This document shows, in pieces, positions 48,355 to 58,578 of a stretch of 64,000 nucleotides of DNA. The notes beneath the pieces were generated by a model. It did no database searches. It was given only the letters and a program-made list of their open reading frames with translations, and was not told where the DNA came from. Position numbers and translations under genes: made by a program. Positions within the stretch are counted from its first letter, which is position 1. Every line of letters starts with the position of its first letter. The DNA comes from an uncultured Alphaproteobacteria bacterium (GTDB lineage: Bacteria > Pseudomonadota > Alphaproteobacteria > RF32 > CAG-239), in the NCBI GenBank assembly GCA_944391445.1, contig CALXTL010000008.1:10915-74914 (forward strand), written 5' to 3'.

Positions 48355-49523
48355 ATGCATCCACACATCTGCAGGATGACATCGGCGGCATTCCGGCTGG
48401 GTGTTTGCGCGCCGCCAGAAAGGCTTGCTTTGACCTCTGCAAACCCCTGCATTTGTTTTTGATACATCTCACCATGATGCAACAGCTCTTTGACAACAGC
48501 GCTTATCTCCGCTGCTGTGCATTGCTCTTGCAGCAGTTCGGGGACAATCAGCCGATTCAGCATGATATTTGAGAGATTGACATAACGAATATGCATGATT
48601 TTTGCCACAATAAAGGCTGTCAGTCGCGATACTTTATACGCAATCAAATGCGGAATCCGACAAATGGCCAGTTCCAGCGCCACAGTGCCCGAGGCCGCAA
48701 TGGCGGCCGCTGATGCCCGGAAAGCACCATAGCGCGCTTCCTGGGTTTCAACAACCAACAAGGGTATATCTGTTTCTTTTGTCATCTCGCGTACCATTGC
48801 GGAGACCGTGCGTACCGTCGGCAACACAAAGAAAAAGTCTGGATTTTCTGCCAACAAACGGCGCGCGCTGTCTAAGAAGACCGGAAGCAGTTTGCTGACC
48901 TCGGTCTTGCGTGACCCCGGCAGCAGGGTTATGAGTGTTTTATGAGCCGGAATATTATACTTTTGACGAAACTTCTCTCCGTCGGCTGTCAAAACCTCAC
49001 TCTCAATCACCGGATGGCCGACAAAAACCGCGCGTAGATGGTGCGGCGTAAAATATTGCGGCTCCTGCGGCAACAAGGTCATCAATGTATCAATATATTT
49101 ATACATGGTGCGGGCGCGGCCTTTTTTCCAGGCCCAGACCTGCGGCGCGACATAGTGCAACTGCGGAATCCCGAGTTTGCGTTTGCGCAAAAGCTTGTGC
49201 ACCCGGGCACAAAAGCTCCAACTGTCAATCGTGACCACAATATCGGGATGCACACGTTCAATATCTGCCACGGTATTTTTTATGTGACGCAGCACTTTGG
49301 GAATGCTCGGAATGACCTCAACCAACCCCATAATTGCCAAGTCGGAAATATCAAACAGCGAATTCAGGCCTTCAGCCTCCATTGTATCTCCGCCGATGCC
49401 GAAAAATTCGACCATACCGCCGGTTTTGTCCCGTAAGGCGCGCATTAGTCTGGATCCAAGCAGATCTCCGGACGGTTCGCCGGCAATCAGGTATACTTTT
49501 AATTTCTTATTTAAGATATTCAC
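48351..49523 (-). CDS. lpxB: Lipid-A-disaccharide synthase
   Basis: YLIAGEPSGDLLGSRLMRAL, YVAPQVWAWKKGR and LLPGSR are canonical LpxB motifs. GTG start. Confidence 0.9.
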   Translation of the reverse strand: MNILNKKLKVYLIAGEPSGDLLGSRLMRALRDKTGGMVEFFGIGGDTMEAEGLNSLFDISDLAIMGLVEVIPSIPKVLRHIKNTVADIERVHPDIVVTIDSWSFCARVHKLLRKRKLGIPQLHYVAPQVWAWKKGRARTMYKYIDTLMTLLPQEPQYFTPHHLRAVFVGHPVIESEVLTADGEKFRQKYNIPAHKTLITLLPGSRKTEVSKLLPVFLDSARRLLAENPDFFFVLPTVRTVSAMVREMTKETDIPLLVVETQEARYGAFRASAAAIAASGTVALELAICRIPHLIAYKVSRLTAFIVAKIMHIRYVNLSNIMLNRLIVPELLQEQCTAAEISAVVKELLHHGEMYQKQMQGFAEVKASLSGGAQTPSRNAADVILQMCGCI

Positions 49524-50355
49524 CGGGGTTTACTCCCATGATAAACAAGCCGTATTTATCCGCCAGACGGATTACATCTTTTTCATCAACAATCAAACCA
49601 TTGCCGGCATGCACCACTACACCACGCAGTCCGGTTTCATGCGCACGTTCAATCGTCCGAGTGCCGATGGTGGGCAAGTCTACCCGCATATCCTGTTGCG
49701 GTTTGCGCAATTTAACCAGCACACCGCCCGTCCCCGACCGCTTATACGCGCCACAACGACGGATCAGCTCATCGGTGCCCTCAATACCTTCAACGCCAAG
49801 AACCAACCCTTGTTGAACAACCACCGCCTGGCCGACATCCAAACGGCCAAGTTCTGTGGCCACCTGCACCCCGCGCCGGATATCTTCCTGCGCTTGTTTG
49901 TCCGGACGATGTTTGCCCAAAATGCCTTCCCTGACCAATAAATCCGACATCACTTCGTGGATGCCGCGAACCACCATGCCTTCATCTTCAATTTCATGCA
50001 CCAGCGCCCGCAATATGCCGTCATCGCCGATTGACTTGAGACCGAGCCTGGCAAAAAACGCCGTTGTCCGTAAATCCGGCACCAGATCAAAAAAACTTGG
50101 CCGATGAATGGTTCCAATCAAAATGACGTCCTGGACATGTTCTTCCGCAAAACGTTTGAAGCCTGTGCCGGCCTGGCCGATACGAATCCACTGATGCGGA
50201 ATATCCGCCCCGGAGCAAAGATCCGGCTCGGCATTTCCCTCAATAGCCAGCACAAAAAATTCACGTCCACATTCCCGGCAATAATTGATCAACATTCTCG
50301 GGATTGAACCGCCGCCGGCAACAATTCCTAATTTTCGGTTTGAAGTGGTTATCAT
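49507..50355 (-). CDS. lpxI: UDP-2,3-diacylglucosamine diphosphatase LpxI (DUF1009)
   Basis: KLGIVAGGGSIP, GRLDVGQAVVVQQGLVLGVEGIEGTDELIRR and RVDLPTIGTRTI align with Caulobacter LpxI. It lies between lpxA and lpxB. Confidence 0.88.
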   Translation of the reverse strand: MITTSNRKLGIVAGGGSIPRMLINYCRECGREFFVLAIEGNAEPDLCSGADIPHQWIRIGQAGTGFKRFAEEHVQDVILIGTIHRPSFFDLVPDLRTTAFFARLGLKSIGDDGILRALVHEIEDEGMVVRGIHEVMSDLLVREGILGKHRPDKQAQEDIRRGVQVATELGRLDVGQAVVVQQGLVLGVEGIEGTDELIRRCGAYKRSGTGGVLVKLRKPQQDMRVDLPTIGTRTIERAHETGLRGVVVHAGNGLIVDEKDVIRLADKYGLFIMGVNPGEYLK

Positions 50356-50451
50356 GTTCGTTCTTTTACTGTTTTTTATATTTATAATAAAGTTTCAGGG
50401 AGTTGGCAATCTTTCTCTCAACTCCCCGGCAACTTATCCGAAATAATGCGC

Positions 50452-51279
50452 TTATTCTGCCTGCATGACATTACGACGACCGGTCAGAGCCTCGTCAATA
50501 AACTTCAACTGTTCCATCACCAGAGGATTGTCTTTATATTTTTCTTTGGCTTCGGCCAGACGGCTCTCGAAATTGCCCTCTTTGCCTTTGAACAAAAACA
50601 TAAAAGCACGGGTAACAGATTTGACAGTATGCTCATCCAGGCCGCTCCTTTTCAGGCCGATGACGTTCAGACCGCGCAGTTTGCCGCGATCACCCGCAAC
50701 CATGCCAAAAGGTATGACGTCGCGGTCGACACCCGACATCCCGCCAACCATCGCCTTGCGCCCGATGCGGCAAAATTGGTGCACGGCGGAATTACCGCCC
50801 AAAATGACACCGTCTCCCAGACGGACATGGCCGGCAATCACGGCATTATTGGTCATGATCACGTTATTGCCAACCACGCAATCATGTGCCACATGCGAGT
50901 TAATCATAAACATACCGTCATCGCCGACTCTGGTGACCAGTTTCTCCGGCTCTTCTCCCGGAATCGGGTTTTGCCCTTTGGGTGTGCCACAGTGCATGGT
51001 TACATTCTCACGGATGACATTGCGTTTACCGATTACCAGTCTGGCATCGGGCTGAAACTCATTGCCGTGATCCTGCGGACCACCGCCCAAAACCGCTCCG
51101 GGAAAAACCACCGTTTCTTCGCCGATCGTTGTATCTCCCATGACGGTGACGCGGCCAAGCAAACGAACTTTTGCGCCGATTTTAGCCTTGGAAGAAATCC
51201 AGCAAAAAGGGCCGATTTCCGCTGTTGCATCGATCTGCGCACCGTCTTCGATAATTGCTGAGGGATGAATTTTTGCCAT
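50452..51279 (-). CDS. lpxA: Acyl-ACP--UDP-N-acetylglucosamine O-acyltransferase
   Basis: MAKIHPSAIIEDGAQI..., hexapeptide repeats, GGGPQD and the C-terminal helical domain. Confidence 0.92.
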   Translation of the reverse strand: MAKIHPSAIIEDGAQIDATAEIGPFCWISSKAKIGAKVRLLGRVTVMGDTTIGEETVVFPGAVLGGGPQDHGNEFQPDARLVIGKRNVIRENVTMHCGTPKGQNPIPGEEPEKLVTRVGDDGMFMINSHVAHDCVVGNNVIMTNNAVIAGHVRLGDGVILGGNSAVHQFCRIGRKAMVGGMSGVDRDVIPFGMVAGDRGKLRGLNVIGLKRSGLDEHTVKSVTRAFMFLFKGKEGNFESRLAEAKEKYKDNPLVMEQLKFIDEALTGRRNVMQAE

Positions 51280-51395
51280 TATTTTATTCCTTTTTCAGAG
51301 TATACCAATGGTTATAAATTAAGGAAATTTTCGGTTGTTGTAAAAACACATAATGTTACATCTCTGTAACCGAGATTTATCTTTGCTGCCCCTTC

Positions 51396-52079
51396 TTAGA
51401 ACCGAAACTCACCCTGCAGGCAGCGGCCGGCAAATTTATATAATAAATACAGGATATAAGCGATTTTTGAACTTTGACAGATTTTCGCCTGATGCAAAAG
51501 AAGACGCCTGTTCTCTTCTGTGACCGGCCATTGTGCGGCAACACTCAGATCAATTTGTGTCAACGGCGTCACACTCAAGCCGCACTTACTCATAAAATTA
51601 CAAAAGCAGTCATATTTTTTCTTAAAATTCCGGTTGAAAACCGTGTAATCTGCCTTTTGATAACATTCATAAATATCCGGCAGGTGTGCGGGCAGTTTTC
51701 CGGTTGGGATTTCAAAATACTCAGCCAGCTCGCGTACTCTGGAATCCGTTGCCAAAATGTACGCCGGGGTCTGTTCCTGCAGTGCGACAATATTGCCGTG
51801 AATCCTGCTGCCAATTGAAAAATTTGTGCGATATTCGCGGAACCCGGCAATCCAGGAAGCATAATCGGCATAAAACTTCAGACGGGCATTTTGATAGAGG
51901 TCCGTCCACAATTTATTCTGCGCCAAAAATTTCAGCTCCTTACGTCCAAGATCTTCCGGATAATAAAGCAGGCGACAAAATTTATCCTGGTCAACAAAAT
52001 AAGCCTGAGGATATCTGGAAAACCATTTTTCAATACCTGGCGACCGCCAGACAGGTGTACCATTAACCGCGGGAATAAG
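51396..52079 (-). pseudogene. Polysaccharide pyruvyl-transferase-like gene, C-terminal part downstream of an in-frame TAG
   Basis: Same frame as 52080-52670. It contains GSRIHGNIVALQEQTPAYILATDSR, resembling the WcaK/CsaB block TRLHS.I.....TP.I.I. The only possible restart is a TTG at 51926. Confidence 0.5.
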
Positions 52080-52670
52080 CTACTCCGGGCGCAGATCAGC
52101 CTTTTTGATTTGTAAATTGCCGCCGCGAAGAAAGATTGACGGACAGCCGATTACCTCGCAAGAACAATCGGCAAAACCGAGTTTGGTTATGACTTCCTGC
52201 GTAAAATAACCGCGGGTTCCTACCCGGCCGCCACCATCAAATACCGCCGCCAAAAAGTCTTTGGCCGCATCTTGGCATCCCTCCAGAAAAGACAGGGAAT
52301 TCTCATAGTCTGATTGTGCGCCAAGCCCGATAACATAGACCGGTATCCGCAACCGTCTGATAATGTCGGCCCAATATTGCAAATGACCATTGGCGGCTTT
52401 TTGTGACAAAAGATTTGCCGGAGCAATCACCAGCGCTTTGTATTCATCATTGATCCGCTCATAGCAGGCATCTGCACCTTCTCCCGTGACGGCCGGAAGT
52501 CTGGTTATCACATCAAGATTATTGCCGCAAAGAATCTGCTGCAGAGAATATTGAAAAACATTATTTCCAGAGTTGCCGCCCAATGCGCGCATGGTTTGGC
52601 GGTAATCTTCAAACATGGTCACAGGACGGGACTGATCCCAGGTCAACCGCAGCAAATATTTTTTGTCCAT
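52080..52670 (-). pseudogene. Polysaccharide pyruvyl-transferase-like gene, N-terminal part ending at a premature TAG (52080-52082)
   Basis: The start, ATG 52670, has GAAGGGGCGGG upstream. The reading frame continues past the TAG for 228 further codons with no other stop. Confidence 0.5.
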
Positions 52671-52770
52671 ACCCGCCCCTTCATTATATGATATGTTTAA
52701 CATATGATATTATGTATAATGGTAATTGTCCTGATTTTAAAGGGGTGTAAAAATTTACACACAATATATT

Positions 52771-52818
52771 AAAAAAGCCGTTTTTCACAAAGAAAAACGG
52801 CTTTTTTATTTTTTTTAA
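52771..52818. terminator. Strong bidirectional hairpin terminator after fabZ
   Basis: An A6 run, stem gccgttttt c / g aaaaacggc, then T6-A-T8. Confidence 0.7.
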
Positions 52819-52825
52819 GCTCAAC

Positions 52826-53275
52826 TTATTCCAGAATCATTGCGGTAAATTCAGCCTCGGAAACAGTTTGGCCGTCAACCTTGCTTTCTCCTTTGAAAAC
52901 AAAGACATTGCGACGGGCGCGAATCTTTTCGACATGCATGCGCAACTGATCTCCGGGTTTGACCGGTTTGCGGAATTTGACGCCATCAATTGACATAAAC
53001 AAAACGCTTTTTTTGCCGGCCTTATAATTTTCATCGCTGGAAATAACCAAAGCGCCAGCAGTCTGCGCCATAGCTTCAATCTGCAAAACGCCCGGCATGA
53101 CCGGATTTCCAGGGAAATGCCCTTGGAAAAATTCCTCATTCATAGTCACGTTTTTGAGACCGACACCCTTCTCTCCGGGCACTTCAACTTCTAAACGATC
53201 TACCAGCAAAAAAGGATAGCGATGCGGCAGCATATCCATGATTTCTTCAACAGTATAAATTTTATTTTCAGACAT
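52826..53275 (-). CDS. fabZ: 3-hydroxyacyl-ACP dehydratase FabZ
   Basis: LPHRYPFLLVDR, FFQGHFPGNPVMPGVL and IEAMAQ are all present. Confidence 0.93.
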   Translation of the reverse strand: MSENKIYTVEEIMDMLPHRYPFLLVDRLEVEVPGEKGVGLKNVTMNEEFFQGHFPGNPVMPGVLQIEAMAQTAGALVISSDENYKAGKKSVLFMSIDGVKFRKPVKPGDQLRMHVEKIRARRNVFVFKGESKVDGQTVSEAEFTAMILE

Positions 53276-53294
53276 TTTTCTCTTCCTTATTACG

Positions 53295-54308
53295 TTATTT
53301 TTTTATCAGCTTTTGCACCGTGGCAACCTGACGCATGAAATCTTTGATCGGCACGGCGGGCGTCCCCATCATGACGGCTCCCGGCTCAATGTCGCGCATA
53401 ATGCCGGATTGCGCACCAATTTGCGCACCGCTGCCAATATTTAAATGGTCGGCAAAACCGGTCTGACCTCCACAGACAACATAGTCACCAAACGTGCAGC
53501 TTCCGGCAACGCCGGTTTGCGAAACCAGAATGCAACCGCGGCCAAGATTGTTGTTATGGGCAACCATCACCAAATCGTCAATCCGACAACCGTCGCCGAT
53601 GACCGTGTCATCCAAAGCGCCTCTGTCGATGCAGGAATTAGCGCCGATCTCGACATCATTACCGATGATGACGCGGCCAAGCTGAGGGATCCTTTTGTGC
53701 TGCCCCTGCAGCATCATAAAACCGAAACCATCCCAGCCAATCCGTGCGCCGCCATATATATAGCAATTATCACCCATTGTGCAATGCATGATATTGGCAT
53801 GACTGCCAATACGGCAATTGTTGCCAAGCTCGCAGTTGCGAGCGATAACCGCGTGCGGCTCAATGATGCAGTTGTCTCCGATTTTGACCCCGTCTTCAAT
53901 CACGGCAAAATCGCCAACATAGCAATCCTTGCCGAGACGGGCTGTCGACGCAATCGAAGCTTTGGAGCTGATACCCGGAGTGGGAAGCTCCTCCGCATAC
54001 ATCGCCAAATTCAGCTTGAGAAAGCTCAGATGCGGGTTGGCAGAAGTCAGGCAAATAACCCCGGCGGGAATATATTGCATCAGTTCCGGCGTGGTAACGC
54101 AGGCTGTTGCCCTGATGGACGCGGCAGCGTCTTTTTTCTTTTTGTCATAGAAAAAACAAATTTCGCCTTCACCGGCTTTTGAGATCACCGCCATATCCTT
54201 GATCAGGACATCGGCTTTGCTTTTATCGGAAAGCTCTGCTTCACATATTTCAGCAATTTTTTCCAACGACAACGGGCCGTTATTTTTATAGAATCTTGTA
54301 TCTACCAT
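53295..54308 (-). CDS. lpxD: UDP-3-O-acylglucosamine N-acyltransferase
   Basis: 337 aa with an N-terminal uridine-binding domain, then long hexapeptide repeats, ...[20 protein letters not shown]. Confidence 0.92.
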   Translation of the reverse strand: MVDTRFYKNNGPLSLEKIAEICEAELSDKSKADVLIKDMAVISKAGEGEICFFYDKKKKDAAASIRATACVTTPELMQYIPAGVICLTSANPHLSFLKLNLAMYAEELPTPGISSKASIASTARLGKDCYVGDFAVIEDGVKIGDNCIIEPHAVIARNCELGNNCRIGSHANIMHCTMGDNCYIYGGARIGWDGFGFMMLQGQHKRIPQLGRVIIGNDVEIGANSCIDRGALDDTVIGDGCRIDDLVMVAHNNNLGRGCILVSQTGVAGSCTFGDYVVCGGQTGFADHLNIGSGAQIGAQSGIMRDIEPGAVMMGTPAVPIKDFMRQVATVQKLIKK

Positions 54309-54326
54309 TGGCTTGCTCCTTTGCTG

Positions 54327-56591
54327 TTATAAACGAGTGCCGAAATTCAGACGGAAGACCTGAGTCTCATCATAGTCTTCTTTGACAATCGGGAAACCAA
54401 AGTCTATATCAATTTGTCCCATCGGCGACAGCCACTGGAAGCCAAAACCGGCCGCCACACGCGGTGTTGACGAATATTCAACGTCGGCCGCATTGTAATT
54501 GTCCGGTTTGCCCAGCGCGCCGACATCAACAAATGTCCGTCCTTTGATGCCGAGTTCATCCAAACCAATCGGGAAAGTCACCTCCCCGCCGGAGTAAACC
54601 ATCCAGTTGCCGCCGAGCGCGTCGTCGGTATATTTATCACGCGCGCCAATACCGGCAACATCAAAACCGCGCATAGTCGATCCGCCGAGATAATAGCGGT
54701 TGGGCAGGCGGACATCCTTGCCGCCATAGCCGGTGATGTAGCCGGCATTGACGAAGAACTTGAAGGTGTAATAATCCGAAAGCGTGAAATACTTGTATGC
54801 TTTAACATCAAATTTGGCGTATTTCTCATCGCCGCCGGCGCCGGAGACATCATTGCCGAAAGAAAGAAAATAGCCGTCTTTGGTGTTGATGGCGCTGTCG
54901 CGTTTGTCATAGACCAATGTCTGTCCGACAGAAGAATCGACATAATCCCCCTCTTCCTCTTTGATGTAGCGCGAGGCTCCCCGGCCGACATTGCTGATTT
55001 CATCCTGACGAAGCGTGTAACGTACCTGCTGCGACAAATCATCAGTATAGTTCCAACCCATGCGCAGACGTCCGCCGGTGGTTGAACTGTCATACGAACT
55101 TTCATCCTGATAATCTTCTTCACTGCGGAATAAGTCAAACCCCGCGCGCAGACGACGGTTGAGGAAATACGGTTCGGTAAAGCTCAGGTTATATTCCTGA
55201 GCCCGCTCGGAAACACCGGCATCAACACCTAAACGCTGGCCAAGACCACGGAAATTGTTTTCCGTCACCCCGGCTCGGACGGTTGCACCGTTGACAGTTG
55301 AGTAGCCGATGCCGACATTGAAGTAACCGGTCGATTTTTCTTCATCCTTTACATTCACATCAGTTTTGTTTTCATCCTTGGGTACGGTGGCGATATCTAC
55401 TTTGCTGAAGTAATCCAGATTTTCAATATTACGGCGTGAATCACGCAGTTTTGAAACATTAAAAGCATCGCCTTCCTGCAGACGGAACTCACGACGAATC
55501 ACCTCATCATGCGTCCGGGTGTTGCCGGTGATGTTGATACGATCAACAAAGACACGCTCGCCTTCGCGAATGTGAAACAAAACCGTCATCTCGCCGGTAT
55601 CGGTATTTTTGATGAGTTCCGGCTCAACATCCACAAATGCAAAACCTTTTTTGCCCAGTTCATCCGTCAGCGCCGAGACCGATTTTTCCACTTTGTCGGC
55701 ATCATACCATTCGCCCTTTTCCGGAATGACCGCATCTTCAATTTCGGCAACATTGACATCTGCCAAAGCCGAATCAATTTGAATATCCGTTATTTTATAG
55801 CGGCGCCCTTCATCCAAAACATAAGTCAACACAAACGACTTGCTGTCGGGCGTCAATTCCGCTATTGCCGAAACAACGCGGAAATCCGCATAACCGCGCT
55901 TGGCATAAAAACGGCGCAGCAACTCTTTGTCATAATTGGTCTTTTCGGCATCATAATGTTCGGAAGCCGAGAAAATACGGTACCATCTGCTTTCTTTGCT
56001 CATAATTACTTCCTGAAGATCATCATGCGAATAGTGACGGTTGCCCATAAAATTTACTTTGTCAATTACAGCCAAGGGACCTTCGTTGATATTAAAAATC
56101 AGATCAACACGGTTTTGGTCGCGACGGATGATTTGCGGCTCAACCACCGCGGCATAACGCCCGCTGCGTTTGTAAACTTCCAGAATCCGCGATACATCCT
56201 CCTGAACTTTGGCCCGCGTATATGTTGCGCGCGGGGTCAGGCGAATTTCGCTTTGCAGCATTTCATCATCCACTTTATCATTGCCGTCAAACAGGACTTT
56301 ATTAATCACAGGGTTTTCAACCACCTTAATCAGCAAGACACCATTTTGGTCCACATTGAGCGATACATCCTCAAACAGACCTGTTGCATAAAGCTGCTTC
56401 AAAGACGCATCCAGCTTTTCATCATCGGCAAACGCATTTTTCTTGATATCAACGTAAGAAATCACGGTTTCAGGCTCAACACGCTCCAAGCCTTCTATTT
56501 TGATATCGCCGACATACATTGATGCCGCCCGGGCGCTTACACCCGCCAACAACGTCAGAGCAAAAGTCCCCAGTTTTAGTTTATCAGTCAT
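54327..56591 (-). CDS. bamA: Outer-membrane protein assembly factor BamA
   Basis: Signal peptide, five POTRA-like repeats (I.IEGLERVE...), and a C-terminal beta-barrel ending in FRLNFGTRL. The start is set at ATG 56591. Confidence 0.92.
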   Translation of the reverse strand: MTDKLKLGTFALTLLAGVSARAASMYVGDIKIEGLERVEPETVISYVDIKKNAFADDEKLDASLKQLYATGLFEDVSLNVDQNGVLLIKVVENPVINKVLFDGNDKVDDEMLQSEIRLTPRATYTRAKVQEDVSRILEVYKRSGRYAAVVEPQIIRRDQNRVDLIFNINEGPLAVIDKVNFMGNRHYSHDDLQEVIMSKESRWYRIFSASEHYDAEKTNYDKELLRRFYAKRGYADFRVVSAIAELTPDSKSFVLTYVLDEGRRYKITDIQIDSALADVNVAEIEDAVIPEKGEWYDADKVEKSVSALTDELGKKGFAFVDVEPELIKNTDTGEMTVLFHIREGERVFVDRINITGNTRTHDEVIRREFRLQEGDAFNVSKLRDSRRNIENLDYFSKVDIATVPKDENKTDVNVKDEEKSTGYFNVGIGYSTVNGATVRAGVTENNFRGLGQRLGVDAGVSERAQEYNLSFTEPYFLNRRLRAGFDLFRSEEDYQDESSYDSSTTGGRLRMGWNYTDDLSQQVRYTLRQDEISNVGRGASRYIKEEEGDYVDSSVGQTLVYDKRDSAINTKDGYFLSFGNDVSGAGGDEKYAKFDVKAYKYFTLSDYYTFKFFVNAGYITGYGGKDVRLPNRYYLGGSTMRGFDVAGIGARDKYTDDALGGNWMVYSGGEVTFPIGLDELGIKGRTFVDVGALGKPDNYNAADVEYSSTPRVAAGFGFQWLSPMGQIDIDFGFPIVKEDYDETQVFRLNFGTRL

Positions 56592-56608
56592 AGTCTTACT
56601 TTCCCATT

Positions 56609-57739
56609 TTAAGAAAACCAACGGTGAAACAAACGCGCGAAGTCGTTGTATGTCGCAAACAACATCAAAGCGACCAGCACAAACAGTCCAAAACGGAATA
56701 TATATTCCTTGGCCGTTTCGTTGATTTCCCGACGCGTTATACTCTCAATCGAGTAAATCACAACATGGCCGCCGTCCAACAGGGGAATCGGAAACAAGTT
56801 GATCAACCCCAGATTAATGGATAATAATGCCATAAAAATGATAAAATCAATCAGGCCCTGATCTTTGCTGATGTCGCCCGACATTTCGGCAATTCGCAAA
56901 ACGCCGCCGACTTCATCGGCATTGCGCCGGCCGGTTATCATCTGCCCAAGACCGCGGAGCGTCACCTCGGTAATCCGCCATGTTTCTTTGAGCGAATCGA
57001 TGACTGCTTCACCCAGACTGACCTTGACCGGATCAATTTCCACCACGGTCAGAGAACGAATCCCCAGCATCGGGCGCTGTTCGGCCGTCTGATTGGCCTC
57101 AACCGTCAACGGCACGGTTCGCAGCGGAAAAGCCAAATGAATTATTTGGCCGCCACGATCAATTTCCAGACGGATTTTATCATCGACATGCATGTCAACT
57201 TCCTGGCGCAGTTCAGTAAAAGTATGCACTTCTTTGTCATTGACTTTTAAAACCCTGTCGCCTTTTAAAACGCCGGCGCTTTCCGCCGCACCGCCGGGAA
57301 TGACCTCGCCGACAACCGGCGGAAAATCCATTTTGCCCAGAAAAAAGAAAATTCCTGCAAAGATCAAAACGGCAAACAAATAATTGGCCGCCGGTCCGGC
57401 AACGACAATCGCCAGTTTTTTCAGAGGATGCTGAGCGGCAAAGGCAAATTTTTTCTCATCTTCCGAGATGTTTTTGTCGCTTTGCGATGCACTTGCCGCA
57501 TCTTCATCCCCCAAAAATTTGCAATATCCGCCCAAAGGGATTAACGACAATTTCCACTCCGTGCCCTTGCGGTCGGTCCAGCCCCATAGTTTCTTGCCAA
57601 AACCGATGGAAAAATCCGTTACTTTGACGCCGCAAAGCCTGGCCACAAAAAAATGACCAAGCTCGTGCACAAAAACCAAAATTCCCAGCAGAATCAGAAA
57701 CGGAACAACATAGTAGACCGTATTCAGCAACCATTCCAT
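56609..57739 (-). CDS. rseP: RIP zinc metalloprotease RseP (site-2 protease)
   Basis: HELGHFFVARLCGVKV (HExxH), a PDZ region and the LNLFPIPLLDGGH motif. Confidence 0.9.
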   Translation of the reverse strand: MEWLLNTVYYVVPFLILLGILVFVHELGHFFVARLCGVKVTDFSIGFGKKLWGWTDRKGTEWKLSLIPLGGYCKFLGDEDAASASQSDKNISEDEKKFAFAAQHPLKKLAIVVAGPAANYLFAVLIFAGIFFFLGKMDFPPVVGEVIPGGAAESAGVLKGDRVLKVNDKEVHTFTELRQEVDMHVDDKIRLEIDRGGQIIHLAFPLRTVPLTVEANQTAEQRPMLGIRSLTVVEIDPVKVSLGEAVIDSLKETWRITEVTLRGLGQMITGRRNADEVGGVLRIAEMSGDISKDQGLIDFIIFMALLSINLGLINLFPIPLLDGGHVVIYSIESITRREINETAKEYIFRFGLFVLVALMLFATYNDFARLFHRWFS

Positions 57740-57756
57740 AATAACACTCTATCCTT

Positions 57757-58578
57757 TTATATCAGAAACAATACATACCTGAAGAAAATATAAACAACGG
57801 GCGCGGCAAAAATCAGGCCGTCAATCCGGTCAAATATTCCGCCGTGTCCGGGGATGAGATCTCCGGAATCTTTTAAATTCAACGTACGCTTTATCGCAGA
57901 TTCCGACAAATCCCCCAATTGCGCAACCACCGTAATCATTGCTGCCAAGATGCCGTAATAAATCGCATGCGGTCCGGCACCGACGTAGTAACAGAACAAC
58001 GTGCTGACGCCAACCGCCAACAACATGCCGCCAAACAGCCCCGCCCATGTTTTGTTCGGGCTGATGCGGGGCGCCAGTTTCGGTCCTTTGAGCAGACAGC
58101 CGAACACATAACCGCCGACATCCACAGCCCAAACAACCAAAACAAACCACAATGTGACGGCAAAGCCAACCAGTTCATAAAGCCAGGCGACAGACCCAAG
58201 GCCAATCGAAATATACGGTACGCCTAAAATCAAAAGCCGGCGACGCGTTTCTCCTTTGGATTTGACAAAAGCCAAAACCAACCCGCCCAATAAACTTAAG
58301 AAAAATGCACACCAAGATCCGAGCAATACGGCAACGCCGACAACAAAAGCATATAATGCCGTGTAAAAAGCGCCGCGTGAATTAGGCACCATATGCGCCC
58401 ATTCCCAAGCCAGAATCGTGCCGGCCAGAAAAACCAGCAGATGAAACAATGGATAACCGACATACAGGCAACCGATGACAACAGGCGCCAGAACCAAAGC
58501 AGCCAGCGACCGCTTAATAAATGAGCCGAATTTTTTTCTGATTGCCCCTGTCCATGAGCCGCTTTCAGTTTTTTCCAT
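57757..58578 (-). CDS. cdsA: Phosphatidate cytidylyltransferase
   Basis: Polytopic membrane protein with the C-terminal signature SAIKRTLNLKDSGDLIPGHGGIFDRIDG. The start is set at ATG 58578, which has GGGAGAG upstream. Confidence 0.85.
   Translation of the reverse strand: MEKTESGSWTGAIRKKFGSFIKRSLAALVLAPVVIGCLYVGYPLFHLLVFLAGTILAWEWAHMVPNSRGAFYTALYAFVVGVAVLLGSWCAFFLSLLGGLVLAFVKSKGETRRRLLILGVPYISIGLGSVAWLYELVGFAVTLWFVLVVWAVDVGGYVFGCLLKGPKLAPRISPNKTWAGLFGGMLLAVGVSTLFCYYVGAGPHAIYYGILAAMITVVAQLGDLSESAIKRTLNLKDSGDLIPGHGGIFDRIDGLIFAAPVVYIFFRYVLFLI

Noticed and set aside
50446-51261. 271-aa plus-strand ORF opposite lpxA.
   Set aside because: Antisense ORFs are typical of hexapeptide-repeat genes. 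The minus-strand product is an unmistakable LpxA.
53445-54182. 245-aa plus-strand ORF opposite lpxD.
   Set aside because: The same hexapeptide-repeat antisense artefact applies. There are no independent signals.
55509-56522. 337-aa plus-strand ORF opposite bamA. Similar cases are 59722-60639 opposite pyrH/frr, 40461-41225 opposite the DegT gene, 34596-35264 opposite GT4 and 63320-63892 opposite topA.
   Set aside because: All lie within confidently identified genes on the other strand. Their translations are compositionally odd (I/F/R-rich) and lack motifs and RBSs.
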